Assembly: GCF_001949145.1 (NCBI RefSeq) | Contig: NW_019091361.1 | Span: 1,267,588 to 1,331,587, forward strand | Length of the DNA: 64,000 nt | Source of the DNA: Acanthaster planci | Lineage: Eukaryota | Direction of reading: 5' to 3' | Shown: positions 13,751 to 28,700 of the stretch, in pieces | How the letters are laid out: every line of letters starts with the position of its first letter | Numbering within the stretch: position 1 is the stretch's first letter | Notes under the pieces: generated by a model | What the model saw: the letters and a program-made list of their open reading frames with translations, nothing else | Databases searched by the model: none | Told to the model about the DNA's origin: nothing | Translations under genes and position numbers: made by a program

Positions 13751-16700
13751 CTAGGATTCAAAAGGTCATAATAAATGCACTTTCTATGTCATGTTGGTGC
13801 TTGTCGTTGACTTTGTGAGGAATTCATATTTTCCTCAGTCAAGGGAAGAATCAAAAGATTGCAGGATGAAAAATCAAACAGGGAACAGGCGATTTTTAAT
13901 TCTCACAGTTTTTGTAACACCTTTCTTCGATTTTTGAAAAACACAGTATACACCTGAGCAATTTGTATCAGAATTTAACCCTAAAAAGAGCCCGGTTACC
14001 TCGGCTCATCTCACAGCAGGGGAGGGGGCATTCCACCCCCCGAAAACTCGGCTGTACCTTGCTTGATTCTTTGAAACGTGGCAAGCATGTAAATACACTC
14101 CTTATTATTTACAACTGTGAAGTTTGAACTTAATCAGGAATAGAGTTTTGTTATGGTCATTTGAAGTTCAAGGCTGCATGTGAGCCAGCCCTTGTGCATT
14201 GAGCACCGCAGTGGAAAGAGTATACATTTTTGCCCGACTCGTCTGGGAAAAATGCACCTTGCGCAAGAACGGTAAGTCCGATTTCACAAAATTGGTGTCA
14301 AAATGACCACAAAAAAATCATTCTAAAAATTCTCAAGGGCTCGACTCCTGAAAAATATGCACTGCAGCGATATTTATCAGGAAAAATGTTTTGAGGGGGA
14401 GAATTCCGCCATGGCTCTTTTATAGGGTTAAAATTAGGGATGATATCTCTGTAATAATGAGAATGGTAATACCTCACCTCTCTCGATCGAAAAGATCATT
14501 AAAATAGATACGCCCACGGTAAAATATTTGGCATGCATGGGTCAGAGGTCAGATGACACCAAATGTATAGGCCAATGCACGACTCACCTGGACACAGCTG
14601 AGGGCACAGAAGATGATTGACAAGACGTCTGTCGCAAAATACAAGGACAGAAGCCCTAGGCACCAGGTTCCTAATGTCAGGTTGCAGATCCCTATGGCTG
14701 CCACAAGGCATCTCTTCAACTGCCCGAGAGAAGGTTCCTTCTTCGACTTGCCGAGTATGTGCCCCACCAGAACATAGTGGACCAAGTTGTTGACCAGGAT
14801 CAGACAGATCGGTAGGAGGAGGCTGAAGTACATCGCCAGATTTGGGGCTAAAAAGCAGCTGTGCGTGACACCAAAAAGTATTAAGAGAGACTGTTTGATG
14901 CCACACTACGGACATTCGTCGAGGTCACCATTCAAAAGAATTTAACTAATTCTTTTCTCCATCTCATAGTTAATTTGATTTATTTGCTTGTGTGCTTATT
15001 GAGACGAATATTACGCGGATCAATTTCCAAGAGATGAAATTTCCTTTCATCCTCCGAGCAAGTACAAATTAATTTTATCAGCCATGGATCTCAGTGCCTC
15101 AGGTGTTTGTATGTACCCACACCCTTTACAGCTAAATGGTTTTCCTATACTAGTAAAATTTGGCAAAAATAATGAAGCATTACGACTCCTAGAGTTATTC
15201 CCAAATTTCCCTATGGAATGCAGGAGAAAGTATTCTTACTAATCAGCATTGCCGTACTGGTCAGTTGCAACGATCAGCGGAATACCGGTCACTATCAATG
15301 GTAATCCTAGAAAAAAGAAATTAACATAAGGAAATATCAGGGAAGTTACGTTAGTTGACAGCTCCAGAGAATGACTTCATTTCTTATGATCTTCCAGAGA
15401 ATGTACACCTCTTTATTAACAAATGGGACAGGATCTTGGCAAATGTGTCTTTAAAATGAATAACTGCATAGATATTATGGGGGATAATGAGGTGTAAAGG
15501 AAGGGTGGATTTAGGTGAGGACGTGTCTTGGCAGGTACTCCCTAATTCTGATCAATGTATATAGGTGTATAATTTTCAATAAATTATATTATCCGTAAAA
15601 AATTGAAACCTCCATAAAATAAATTTAAAAAGCGAATCAAAACATAAACAGTACTGCAAATTGCAAGTTGGTTCACTGCAAATGGCCATTGGCTTTAATA
15701 AGCATATTTCATGACACCTGAGCCCGGCCGCCTTGCTGTGAAAATCCTGTTGAAAATCAACAGAATTCTAAAAATATAAAGTTTTTCTTGAATAATCTTG
15801 ACAAGTAATAGAGAGAGAAAAAAAGAAGCATGGTGTGTTGTGAAAAGAAAAGTGCGGAAAACACAGCAACTGCATAGTGTTAATTGTGTCATCCTAAAGC
15901 TCCTATGAAATTGGCCTATGTACTTAAACAGAATAGTATCACCGGCGGCGCAACGATTTTCAAAGTGGGGGGGGCCCACTGGCTCCCTGCTCCCCCCCCC
16001 ACTAATTCCACCACCAGTGAATAGTACATCACTGTGAACGTACCCCAAGCCACAATACTAGCTATGATCATGAAGTGTTTGTACTCCTCCGTTGATTGCC
16101 CATGTAGTGCTACGGTATACATATTTCTTGCCTCAACGGCTGTCCACATCATCGTGGCTAGGGGTAAATAGTGCAGCAACGCACTCACAATAACACAACC
16201 GTATGTTGAACCCTGTTGATAACAACAATAGCAGTATTTAAATATCATGGAGGACATGGTTGGAGCGAACCAGATGAAAAGGCAATTAGAAACTGGAATC
16301 ACAAAGAAATTGGAATCACTGTATAATTCCAATCTGAAGTTTCTTTTCACTTGTATATGCAGTCATGTGGATGAGTGATACATGTACATATGTCCCTTTC
16401 TGCATCAGACCGTTCTTTTTGGCAGTGCGTACATAAGCATTAATAAGGGGACACATGCCCTTCCCCATTGGACGTCTGTGCCGTCTGGCTCCCCCCCCCC
16501 CAAAAAAAATCCTGAAATGAACACTATATACACTACCAGAACTGCCTAAGGTTTTTCGATGTGCACATACGCTAAGGCCAATTAAGCGAGAACAACATTG
16601 GGAAATGCAGCGATTATTTCTAAGATTTGAAAGTAAAAGTATTTAACTATTGCGAATTTGCATTACAGCAACTCTGTTTTCATTAGGAAAAGTGGGGCCC

Positions 16701-19700
16701 ACTGATTTGAACTCTTTCCATCCTCAGTCAAATTTAATCTGAATGACATTGAGTTCTTTTTCTGCCTTTTTTATGATAATATGCAGCACGATTATAAAAT
16801 GAAAGACATTTAAAGAACAGAAAACATTCATTTCATACGTTATACATTATATATAACATACAATACAGCATTGCACCAGACAACATACATTACCCTTGCA
16901 TTGTCAACTCCAGCCACAAACACCGTGTACATTATCAATAGTGCGAAGATAAACTGGGAAAACATTTGGCCAGACTTCCTTTGGCGCAGGTTCCTTGCAA
17001 AATAAAAAACATAACATTAGCAATATAAGAACACATACTGTTCCACCCTAACTTTAACGAGATTCATCTACAAAGCAGACAGGTGCAAAGTATGGGGCCT
17101 ACAAGTAGTACTACAGTAGGGTAGGCTTTTTTAAATTCTTGAAGGCACATAATGCTACCATCCCCTTTCCGGGAAAGGGAGGTTAAGGATTCTTTTACGG
17201 ATGTGAAAAATTGGAAAATCAGTTTTGGGGGAAAATCCATTCTGCCCTCAGCTGATGATAAAGCTTGATTTCTAATCGTGAAAATTAAATTTGTTTAAAA
17301 TCTTCAGTGTGATTAGCACACGTTGAAACTCTGAATACGTGTGGGCCTACTCTTTTTTATACAACAACAAAGCAAAGTACATCTTACCTTAATGGTATGT
17401 ACATAAGTAAGATTGCCATGTACATTCCAGCAGAGGCAATACAGCCTATCTGGGTGATTGGGTTTAATCCACGATGATACGACTTCAATTCCTCCTGTAG
17501 CTCCTAGCAAAAGTAACAGTTTAAAAGTGTGTACCACAAATGTTATAGGCACAATGTCTTTTCTGCAGCTGGTAGCTGTCACCAAAGGCTGTTACACAGC
17601 TATCTTTGTAAGAAAAAGCGGCTACTTACACACTACGAGCTAACGGGTTGGAATATTACATGCTTCCAACCCCACCCCCCAAAAAAAACATGTTATTAGC
17701 TGTTCTGATGGCGTGTAGGCCCTAGTGTTTCCAACATTTATGCAGGAAACCAAACTAAACACAAAGACCTTTATTAATACAAACTTATGTTACTCAAAGA
17801 GCCATTGATATCTTCATGACAGTTATATTTATGCAACAGTTCCAATAAGCCTATACAGTATACAGTGTATACATGCCTACGCTACAGGATCATGGATAAG
17901 ACACTAACAGTTTGCGATGTCGCCATTTTTCAGTTGGGCAGCTCTTGTGAGTGAGCAATATGATTCACCAAATGCTTTAGTAAACAAACGAGCCTACTGG
18001 GCCCTCACATTGCACGCGTACGGGCCTTCACTGAATCATAGAGTGTTCACTAACATTTTTGTCCTCAACAGTATACGAAATAAGGAAAACTATCCAATCC
18101 TTCTTATCCTTTTAGGTTGCAAGTCTCCACAAACTTATTTCAGTCCTTATTGGGTAACACTTACAACAAACACTGCAAAGTTGGTCGCATGGTTACAAAG
18201 ACATTTGTATATTCCATTAGTCACTCCATGCAACTCGCATCCAGCGTTTGACCAATCGCCGACTCCGTTCTTTAAAGTGAAGTCCCAGAACACGCAGACA
18301 GCTTCTTTCACATTGGTCATCTCAGGAAGCTGTAATTAATGATTAAAACTGGCTGACATGAAAATGGTGACAGATGCAACTGTTCTTGCCAACTCTGACA
18401 GCTTTCTATGGCCTCCCTGACAAATAATTCACAATAAAAATATTTACTGTTGAGAGAAGAAATGCATGCATTACAATACAATGTCCTTTACAGGAGTGTA
18501 AAGGGAAGTTGCAGTACTTTACATAAGCCCTTCACATTGTGTGGGAACTATATGGTGACAACAATGTCAAACCCACACAAATTCGCTTTCAGCCTGTTTA
18601 CGGGTAAAAGAAATCATGTCGTTTTTTCCCAGTCGACTAAACTTGAAGGCAATGCTGCTTTAGAGGGGAATGGAATTGTATACAGCATGTCCATGGGTCT
18701 AATCCTGGATTTTACAGTGTTTCTTTTCTGAATTTGTTTCCTGCTGGAAAAGATTTCCTGCCTAATTCCTTTCCTTGGAATCTGTTCCATTCAAAACACT
18801 CACTTCAGAGTGTTGTCAACTTGAGTCTGCTTCGCTATTAGCTTGGCAATTACATCACATAATACGATAATAATGGTTATTTCAAATGTTAGCATTGAAA
18901 GAGCCTGTTTATTAGCCGCAGTGATGGGTAGTCGGGTTTGATTTGACTTGATTCGATTATTGCATGTCATTAAAAGGTTAACAAAATGCAAATTTTATAA
19001 AAAGGATACAAAACCCACTAAGATGTCCATGTATTTGTATACTCGTGGTATCAAAGTAAATGTGCCAGCAGTTGTATATTATCATACTTTGTGATGCATG
19101 TGCCGTGCTAACTAGTGGGGGGCTTACCACTGCCGATAACATGTTGAGAGTGAGCATAATTTCCAAGGATACACGATCTTAAACGTTACAAATTCAGACA
19201 ACAAATTCAACACCCTTTCAAATGATCCTTTCCAGCAGAAAATAAAATGAGGAAAAATATAAAAATTAAAAACAGAAAAGTCCCATCTTGGATTCGAACC
19301 ACAGACGTTCTAAATTCAAATTATTACCTTGCCCACTACATGTTTACCAAAAATAGTCCAGCTGAACCAGCCTCCGTTTTTGTCAATGTTTTGCCTTACC
19401 AACACAGCATATAACACTGTTCAAGCTGTGAGGCATTTCCAATGGCTTTCATTACCAGCAAGCTTCAAACACTGGCATTTTGCAGTAAAAGCCTGGTTTA
19501 TTGACGGCGGTGAATATTCAATCCATGTGGTAGAATGCAGGAATCTCTTTTCATAGAAAAACACTTATCTTTTCTAACGAAGACCCATAGCAAACAGTTA
19601 TGGATGTTTTTCTACTAAAGGCTAGGATACTGATTTATCCAACAAATTATTATATAACTAAACTTATCATTGAACTCTATTTTTTCAAATCCGCTATTCT

Positions 19701-22700
19701 ATCTATCTATTGTGTTATTTTAGAGGGTTTTCATCTTTATGACTGTCCAGTGTCACAAGTTGGGGACGGAGGTCACCTTACCTGAAACTGAACGACTACG
19801 GGTTCAGTTAGATTCACAAGTTCTACATCCTCCACAGAAAGGGAGACTATGGCACCAGGAATCAGTGACCTGATTCCCTTGCTTGATTGGGACTTTCTCA
19901 TTGTACGAGAAGATGGAAACAAAGTGTCGTCAGCAAAGGCGATGAAACGGGCAGCAATCGGCCTTAGCGAGCTGTTGCCTGAAAACATCAGAGGATCAGG
20001 CTGACGATATTAAAAGTTGTCGGAACAGAATTGACTCTGATAAACAAATTTTTACTAGGAATACTTGCCTCTGACCCCTGTTAAATCGCACTTTCAAACA
20101 TTTCAAAGTTTCCTTGCACAGGAAAATTATTATGTGCCAAACACTTGAATCAGATGAGTGCAAACGTCTGTATTCTTTCATCGAGTGAATCTTCCTTAAT
20201 TTTGGCAACTTCATCAATGCTGTATGACTTGTCATCAAAATAATTACTGATGTTGAGTCACAACCATGCACACATCTTTTTCAGTCTTTTGGTTTATAAA
20301 ATTATTTGTTGCCTAAAAATCAGAACACTGTAATTTTTCAATAATGGTTCTTCTGTTTCCTGCAGAAAGTTGGCTCTTACCCTTCTGCAAAACAAAAATG
20401 TGACTAATCTCAAAAATTGAGTGTTTGGATCTTCCAGTAATACAAACCATTCACTGTCTTGTTCAGTGCTGAGAGATTAGACGGTAGACTGACTGCTGCA
20501 ATCATTCCAGGTGGCAGGTCCCCTGTCTTCTCATAAACTCTGACCTCGGCCCCAGCAAAGGCACCAGTCTCCTCTGACGTTGATTCGACTGAGGACAGGA
20601 GATCATCTTGACGCACCAGTGTGAAGTTGAGACCACTCTCCACCTCGGAGGAGTTAAGCCTGACTGTTTCCACTTGGATGAAATCCATCTGAATGCTGAC
20701 CGTGCCCTGCTGTCGAAGAGCAACAGAGACCTGTGCCTCGATGGACTGAGCGATGGAGGTGAGCTTGCCCGCCTCTACGCTACTGGATGCTTCGAGATTC
20801 CTTAAAAGGCCAATTATCTTGTTGGTAGCATCTAAGAATTGAAAGGTAACCTGGAATTTCAAAAAGAGCAGATGAGATTCCTTGACAGTATCATCATTCA
20901 AGTGGTGTGATCTAGTACAGCACGTTGCTCAAAACAATATTGACGCATGAAAATTTATTACACACCCGTGTATCTTTGAAGACCACTGGTCAGTTTTGAT
21001 CCTTGTTCATATCGCAGGCTACAAGATGATGTTGCAACTCCTATAATGTTTTCAGTATGTAGAATGGACAGGTCCTCTCTTTCATGTGCAGTGTGAAAAC
21101 TTCACACCTTCATGAGTTTATATGTATTTATAGATAGAAAGTTATAGACAGGTCAAGAAAGTTTAGAAACAGTCAGGAAAAACTGTTTTAAAAATGAAAA
21201 TGGTTGGTGATTTGTAGCAGATTTTTATCACTTTATAAATATTGTTGAGGAGAGACTGGCAGCCAGATTTGGTTGTGAGGTCGTTGGGAACATATTTTTG
21301 TGGAAATCCTTGCGCAGCAGATGGTGTGTTGTTTTAATGGTTGAGACAGTGAAGCAAAGCTGATAAATGAATAACACTGGGTGAAATTTTAGCATGGCTT
21401 ACATGTTCATTTTGTAATTGAGGGGCCATCTTTTTGCTGTGCTTACTTTGGACACTGTTTGTGATTATATTCCCATATTATATCCGTTTTTCCTACTGAG
21501 CTTCGTTATCCAGCAATAGGGGCGATTCACAATAGTGAGCCTCACAGAGTTGGCAATGCGTCATTTTGGTTATTTCAGAAGTACTTTCCCAAGATCGATC
21601 GCGATTATGATAAATCTTAAGTTTTCTAGATTTCCCCTCTGTGGAAACTATTGGACTTCAGATTGGTTTCAGAGTTGCAGAACGAAACCATCTTTCTCAC
21701 GCTGCTCAAGAAATTTAGCTGTATAATTACTGTTTGCTTTTTTCATATATCTGAGAATATTCTAAGTGCAATCAGGAGAATTCTCAGATCGTAACTATGA
21801 TGTTTAAGAATGTTGTCTTAAGGGCTTGACTAGAATGGCAAAGCCGCCATGGCTTGCTGCTTGTTATGAATTTGAATTTCTTTCCTGTAATAACAGGAAA
21901 CAAAGAGACATCCAAGTTATACAAAATTATTAATTTAAACAAGAAAATACTAACCAAGCTTCATCAAAATCTTTTACAAGATTGGTTGACATATGACTAA
22001 AATACAGATGTACAAGATATTTTACCGACCTTAGCAATACAATTCATTGTACTCTAGGAGAAAAAACCTAGTCGGTGCGGTGTGCAGACTGTGTGTTGAA
22101 AGGCGCTTGTCGTTTAAAAGTAAATCAACAAAGACCATCAACAAAGGAGATACAGGTACAAAGGCTTTACAGTTCTTTAGAGGAAAGAGGAATGCTTATA
22201 GAATGTGGGTCCATCAGTACAGTCAGACTCAGACCTGGATGATTATATAAGCAGCGCATTTATGAGTTTGATGGTGGTGCATAATTAAAATTCCTCTAGA
22301 GTACAGTTCTGCACTTTGTATCCAACCCCATCATCCTATCCTCTACAATTCTACCCTCCATCATCCATATCCCATCATCCCATATCTACCATGTCTACTT
22401 TGACTCCACCCCTAATCCCCTCTACATGTATCTCCAATCCCACATCCACCTTATCTTTCCATCCATCTCCTACTCAGCCCCTCCCCATCATTCCCTTCAC
22501 TTCTTATTCTGACTGTCCCATCATCCCACTAATCCAGCCCAACCATTACGCCAACCTTCATTTCATCCACTTTCTACATACACTGTGATGTACCTTGTCC
22601 CCATGATCCTCCTCCTACAGGTACCCCTCCCCCAACCAACATCCTAATCTGTCACCTGGAGTCCCCCCCCCATCCCTTACATTTCCCCACATACTGTACA

Positions 22701-25700
22701 TGTACATTTGTATGTGTCTAAACACTGTCTATACATACACACATGTACATTACAGGAGTGCTCAGTACATACGTACTGTATGTACTACAGGCCTAAGTAC
22801 ACAATACGACTCAAAACGTTAACATTCATTTTTATAATTGTTTTTATTAAATTCCTAAGTTTCTAAGCATTAATGCCATATAAAACTATTTAAATACTGA
22901 TGGAATTCCAAGAGGAAGCAAACAAGCATTAAATGGCACATTTTAACATCTATGGGCCTGCAAGGAAAAACTTTCAACATGAGGACGCCCGGATGGACAG
23001 ACAGAAGACGGAAATCGGTATTACATAGGCTCGCACTCACCCCTTGCTTCGCATCTCGCCAAAAAGAAGAAAACGATGCTCTCAAAATATTTCCAGCATC
23101 TTGAACAATTATTCAGAAACATTTTTCTTCTTTTAAAACCACAAGTGATATCTTTCGTACTATTCAAAGCTATCATAATCCCATGGACAAGGCATTAAAA
23201 AAGCTAGCTAGGGGGTCTTTTGTCACTCAGGGTAGCTTACACTGCACTGCAAAAGCCTACCTCTGGGGTCCCGACGTTTGAGCTAGCAATGTCGTGCAAG
23301 ATGTGAGACACTTCACTGACATTGCCAGTGGAAAGATCATCATCAATCCGCAGCTTCAAAGACATTAGCTTCAAGTAAACCTCTTGCGCTTTCACTGCAT
23401 CTGGAACCTGTGACTGATGGAAGACATTAAAACCCACTCAGCAATGAGACCACAATACAGGCTGTTATGATTTACCTTGTAAAGGTCCACTGAGCATATG
23501 GCTGAGTGCTCATATTGTTACCTATGACTGAGTCCGTGACCAGACTTGCAATATTAGCCATTTATTGCCAACATTGAATTTGGCAACACCGCAACACATT
23601 CAGTAGCTGCAGTTTTATCAGTGAACTAATCCCTCACCAGAGATCACAGAAATGTTCACAGTAGGTACACATACCAGCACGTTCTTGCGCACTTCATCTG
23701 AGAGTGACCCGTTTTGTTGTTCTCCACAACTGTGATAATGAGGCTCCTTCCATCTTGCTATACCTTGCTGAACGTTTAATGAGCAGTTCCTTGTGGCGAC
23801 AGGATTTCCAGCTAAACAGATGAATAAACACCGTTGTCATGCATTAGCCTAGATTAAAATTGGTTAATTACTGGGGAAGCATAATTACTTGGAGTGTTTA
23901 CGTATGTTCATTCAGAATGCCAAAGACAAAGTTTCAATATGTCTGTATAGTTTGGTTACATCGCTACAAGCACATAAAAATGCTATACCACTAGGATCAA
24001 GCACAGGAAGATTGCTTCAGCTACACAGTCTGCAGTTATAGCTAAACAAAATTGTGCTCCAATACAAGCGTTTCACCGTAGAGGGTAGTACGCCTCCAAG
24101 AGTTTGCAATGCACTGGCCAATCAAAATGCACAAAATCTGTTGACTCAATGTGCATTTGGAAAGGGTCGCCAGATTTTGCACGTTGCGATTGGCCAACGC
24201 GTTGCTAACTCGAGGAGGCGAACTACTGTAAATCGCCCGTATTTGAGCTTTTATATCAAAGACGCTGCAGCACTGTGATGTTTAAGATAACAGCACTGAA
24301 GACTGAAATTATGATGGCAAGTTTCGTTCACTTGATGTCAAGTCCTACCGTGGGACGTAAATGGGGCACACTTCTGCGTTGATTCCACCATCGAGCCAGC
24401 TTCAGTTGAGGGCCACAACAGCGACCCGAATTGAGGGTTACTGGTCACATCCTCTGAGCAGTTACCTTTTTATAATCGCAAAAACACAAGAGGCCAGCAG
24501 CAACGAAATGAAACTGTTTCACGGGAAAGCAAGAGATGAGTAAACAAACACAGCACGCACAGCAGTGAGAAAACGATCTGTAACTTCAGGGGACTCATGA
24601 AGACGGACAGAGTACACTGTTTAAAACGTTGAGTTATTCCCCGGTTCTTCTCAGAACCACACATATACTGATACCTGGTACAACTGCAATCATTTTACTC
24701 TTCAAATCTGTAACTTCTGCACCATTTAACGCACTTTGTTCGAGGTATAACTGTACATGTAATTTCATAATCATTATTACTTAATTTTGAGGTGTATTTC
24801 AAAACAGGAAGAATACTCATCATCTTAATATCACCCCCCCCAGCGGATGCACGCCTGCCCCCGCTTCCCCTCCCCCCATTGAAACTCTTTGAATAATCTC
24901 TGTTGAGTCTATATACATGTAGCTATGCATATGTTCTTGTGCGAAGCCACCTTCAAAATATGTGTGTACCCCCCTTGTGCCCCTGGAACATTTAGCCCTA
25001 TTTACACCACTGAGCAACAGAAAAGAGTACCTGGGCTTGAGTCGGAAAACAGAAATTCTGGGTAGTGGACAGGAAGCCTCGGTAGCAATCCTCCTATGCT
25101 TGGGCTGAAGTTTTTGACTGTAAAAATCAATCGCATCTATTGGCATTAATAATAAATAATAATAATTTATTGACTTATATTGCGCTAATTCCATAAAATA
25201 TGTTCACAAGCGCATTACAATTATTTAAAAATAGCTAAATACAAAATTATAATACATGTAATATGTCGATTAATACAAACAATTTAAACTCAAAATCTTG
25301 ACAATAATCACATACCATCAAACCATCACAAAACCAATATACAAATTATTAACAAAAGGCTTCTTTAAAAAGGTGAGTCTTCAGTGACGATTTAAAAACG
25401 TCAAGGCTAGAAGCATTCCTAGCATTAAAAGGGAATTTATTCCATAGATAAGATAAGGTGCACTGAACTCAAAGGCTCTGTCCCTGTTAAAGAGTAACTT
25501 TTTCAAAACCTGCAGGGCACTTCAAATAAATACCATCATTCGACCTGCGAAGGCTGTAACGGGACTGAGACTTGACAGAAACAAGCTGACCTAAACACTC
25601 TGGAGCTAAAGCATGTAATATTTTACACGTAATCAATTTTATTTTAAAAACAATTCTGAACCGAACAGGAAGCCAGTGTAGATCCTTAAGCAATGGTGTA

Positions 25701-28700
25701 ATACGACAAAATTTAAATGTGTTATACACAAACCGAGCACAAGCATTTTGGACTCTCTGAAGTTGTTTGATCTGTGTGTCTGGAAGGCGATATAGAAGAC
25801 TATTGCAATAGTCGAGTCTGCTGGAAATAAATGCATGAATCAATATTTCAGAGCATTCCTTGGATAAATACTTCCTAATTCGTGTTATGTTGTGTAAATA
25901 ATAAAAAGCATTACTACAAACTTTTGTGACATGCATTCTCATTGACAAATTAACATCGAACCATGCAGTAAGATTTCGGACCAGGGGAGCAGGGGGTAAC
26001 AACCAACTGCCCAACTTGTATATCCTCCAATGTAACTTTAGACAATTGGTGACAAGTGCCACTAATCAAAAACTCAGTCTTATTGTCATTCAAAAATAGT
26101 CTACTATCTGGCACTACTGTGCATGCAACCTCTGCACGTAACAGCATCTGGCATTTGTGGTGTAATTGAAACTTCCAAAATAAATGTAGCAAGAGGAGTT
26201 CATAGTGTGATGGCTTGCATACAGTGCAGGACTTAAAATTGGCAGCTTCGTTGGATGAACCAGGGTTTCATCATTTCAGACTCCCTAACTGTAACTTTAA
26301 GAAATTATGTTGGTTTTCTTTCACCTTGATAATAAAAAAAAACACTGTACAGTTTGGGCGATTCCAGGGGTGTGTGCACCTTTAACGAAATGCATGGCAT
26401 GTCAACCACAAGCACTACAATAACTCCTTCAAAAAGTAGCCCTTCCGGTCAAAAAAAAAATAAAATTAAGGCTTGAGGGACACTTTGACAGCACTTGTTG
26501 CAAAAATTGATTTGCTCATTCACAGAAAGTCACCTTTGCTCTTTCTTATCTTCGTCACTGGAAACTGATGTGAAGGAAATACATCACTGCTTCAGACTCG
26601 CTTGCATAACGACTGTCTTGATCAATGCTTGCACTTTAATAAGTGCACACGTATCACACGCATGCAAAAGTTGTAAGCTGTGTCTAGGGGTGAACGTCCT
26701 CCACCATCTACCACATCAACATTGGCAAGCTGAATAGCAGCTAATCCCCCCCTTCTAATGTGACTGTGGATCCCGAGTGGGACCTTGTAAACTAGATTGT
26801 AGGCATCGAGTACGCAAAATCGAACTGACATTTCTCACCTCGAACAGATATGTAAAACGTGCATCGGTGACTTTTATTCTCCGTGCCGTTTGGACCAACC
26901 GCCACCTCCACCCTTGTCAAATTGTTGTACCTGACCAGGGGATTGTAAGTGACGCCAAACGCGTCGCCGCTCGCACACGGCCTTGGGGGGGCGCTGTCAT
27001 CAATGGACTGACAAGTTGTTTGTTCCTCATAACTTCCAGGCAAGTTGACAGCGGTTGGCTGAGTCCAAGATACGTTGGCCACTGAGTGTTCAGGAGGAAT
27101 GACCACCTCGATTGTAGGGAGTCCAGTCCCAACTGATGAAACCTCTGGAGGGGGGCAGGTACTTCCGAATGCCGCTGATGAATAAATACATTGTAAATAT
27201 GTAAACTTTCAGTCATAAACTTTTCATTCTTTGGAACATTCTTTGGAAACAATTGAATGTTGGGCTATAAAGAAATGTCGAACAGGTTAAGGGTTCAGAG
27301 GTGACTCTGCATATGAAAACCAACTGACCGAAAATCTCTGTGTTTACACAAAGCTGAGCACCTTTAAGTTGAATGCAAAACTTCATCGTTTGACCCAATG
27401 GAGCAGTAATAAAAGATGTCTGAAAAATGCATCCTCGCCGTGGACTGTCCGAAGCCTGGGAGGTGTAAGGGGGCACATGCCCCACCCTGGTTCACCTCCC
27501 CTTTTGAAATCTTGAGTGTACACCACGCAAATAACTGGGTACCTTAAATGTACAGTGAAGCAAAGAAGGGGAAGGAGCTATAGCGACTTAGAAGATGAAC
27601 CGAAAAACCAAGCTTAAAGCAGAAAGATACGATGTTCTTTGATATCAGTAAGATTCACTTAGCAGAAGACGAAGGTGTAATCTGCTTTAAGGAACGTGAA
27701 TTTTTAGATTTTCTTAACTGACACATTAGGAGGGGGATGGGTAACTTACTGATGTGTGAAGAATAAATTGGGCCCAAATTTAATGGTGCTGACAAGAAAG
27801 AAATTCTGTGGAGTTTAGAGTTCAAGAAGATCATCAGAGAAAATAGATCTAGGCCATTGTATTACGAGTGTTATTAACGGCAAAGAGAATGTAAAGCTGT
27901 AGCAGGGAATCTCCAGTGGCATATCCAGAGGTCAAGTAGCCCCCGTGCACGGAGCTTTTTTTTTTTTTCAATTTAATTTTCTTTGGGGGGAGGGGAACGA
28001 CAGTGCACACACTTTAGAAACAGAACAAGCACTTTTTTGGAGGGGGAATGTTCTTTACAGAGGAAAAAGTTGGACTATTGTTTCAGATAAATACAATTGT
28101 GTCCCCTGGACTTAAAAGCTCGATAGTACTGGGGATATTGTACATTGATAACAGGAAAAACAAAAGAATAAAGGATACCAGTTAAAGACAAAATTGCATA
28201 TTGTAATTACATTGTAAGCCGCACAATTGTGGTTTGTAGCTCGCCCTTTAGGTGGTATGGATGAAGTTTTACAGTTTTTTTTAAGAGCTGGCTAAATGGT
28301 ACTCCAAATGGGAAGCTATACAACAGAAGTTCCGTTGACGGCAAAGAAGATCATAGGGGATGAACGAGCAAGTCTCACAAGGAAAATATAGAGAAATCCA
28401 TGTATGTACATGTAGCTGTGAATATGGGATGGAATAGCCGTGGCAAGATTAAAAGTTTTAGGAAAATTACCAGTGATAAATAATTTCATTAAAAAAACTA
28501 TGAAATTCGCAACCAGAAGTGTTGCAACGCTTCATTTCAATTTTATTTCGTTCGTAAGCTAAAACAACAAAGAAGTCGTAATGGATCACTGGTGGCTAAT
28601 GAGAACAAAGTAAAATTTTGCTGACCAATTTTACGTGCTGATGCTGAAAAATATAAATATCAATTTAAATAAATAAATATAGAATATTCAGCGAAGTACA

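Noticed and set aside
22316..22588. Pro/Ser/His-rich 90-aa ORF
   Set aside because: Low-complexity C/T tract on the antisense strand of an intron.
26530..26570. Small exon (SSDEDKKEQ) after the HYR exon
   Set aside because: The donor phase (2) is incompatible with the next phase-1 exon, and HYR joins 24465 directly in frame.
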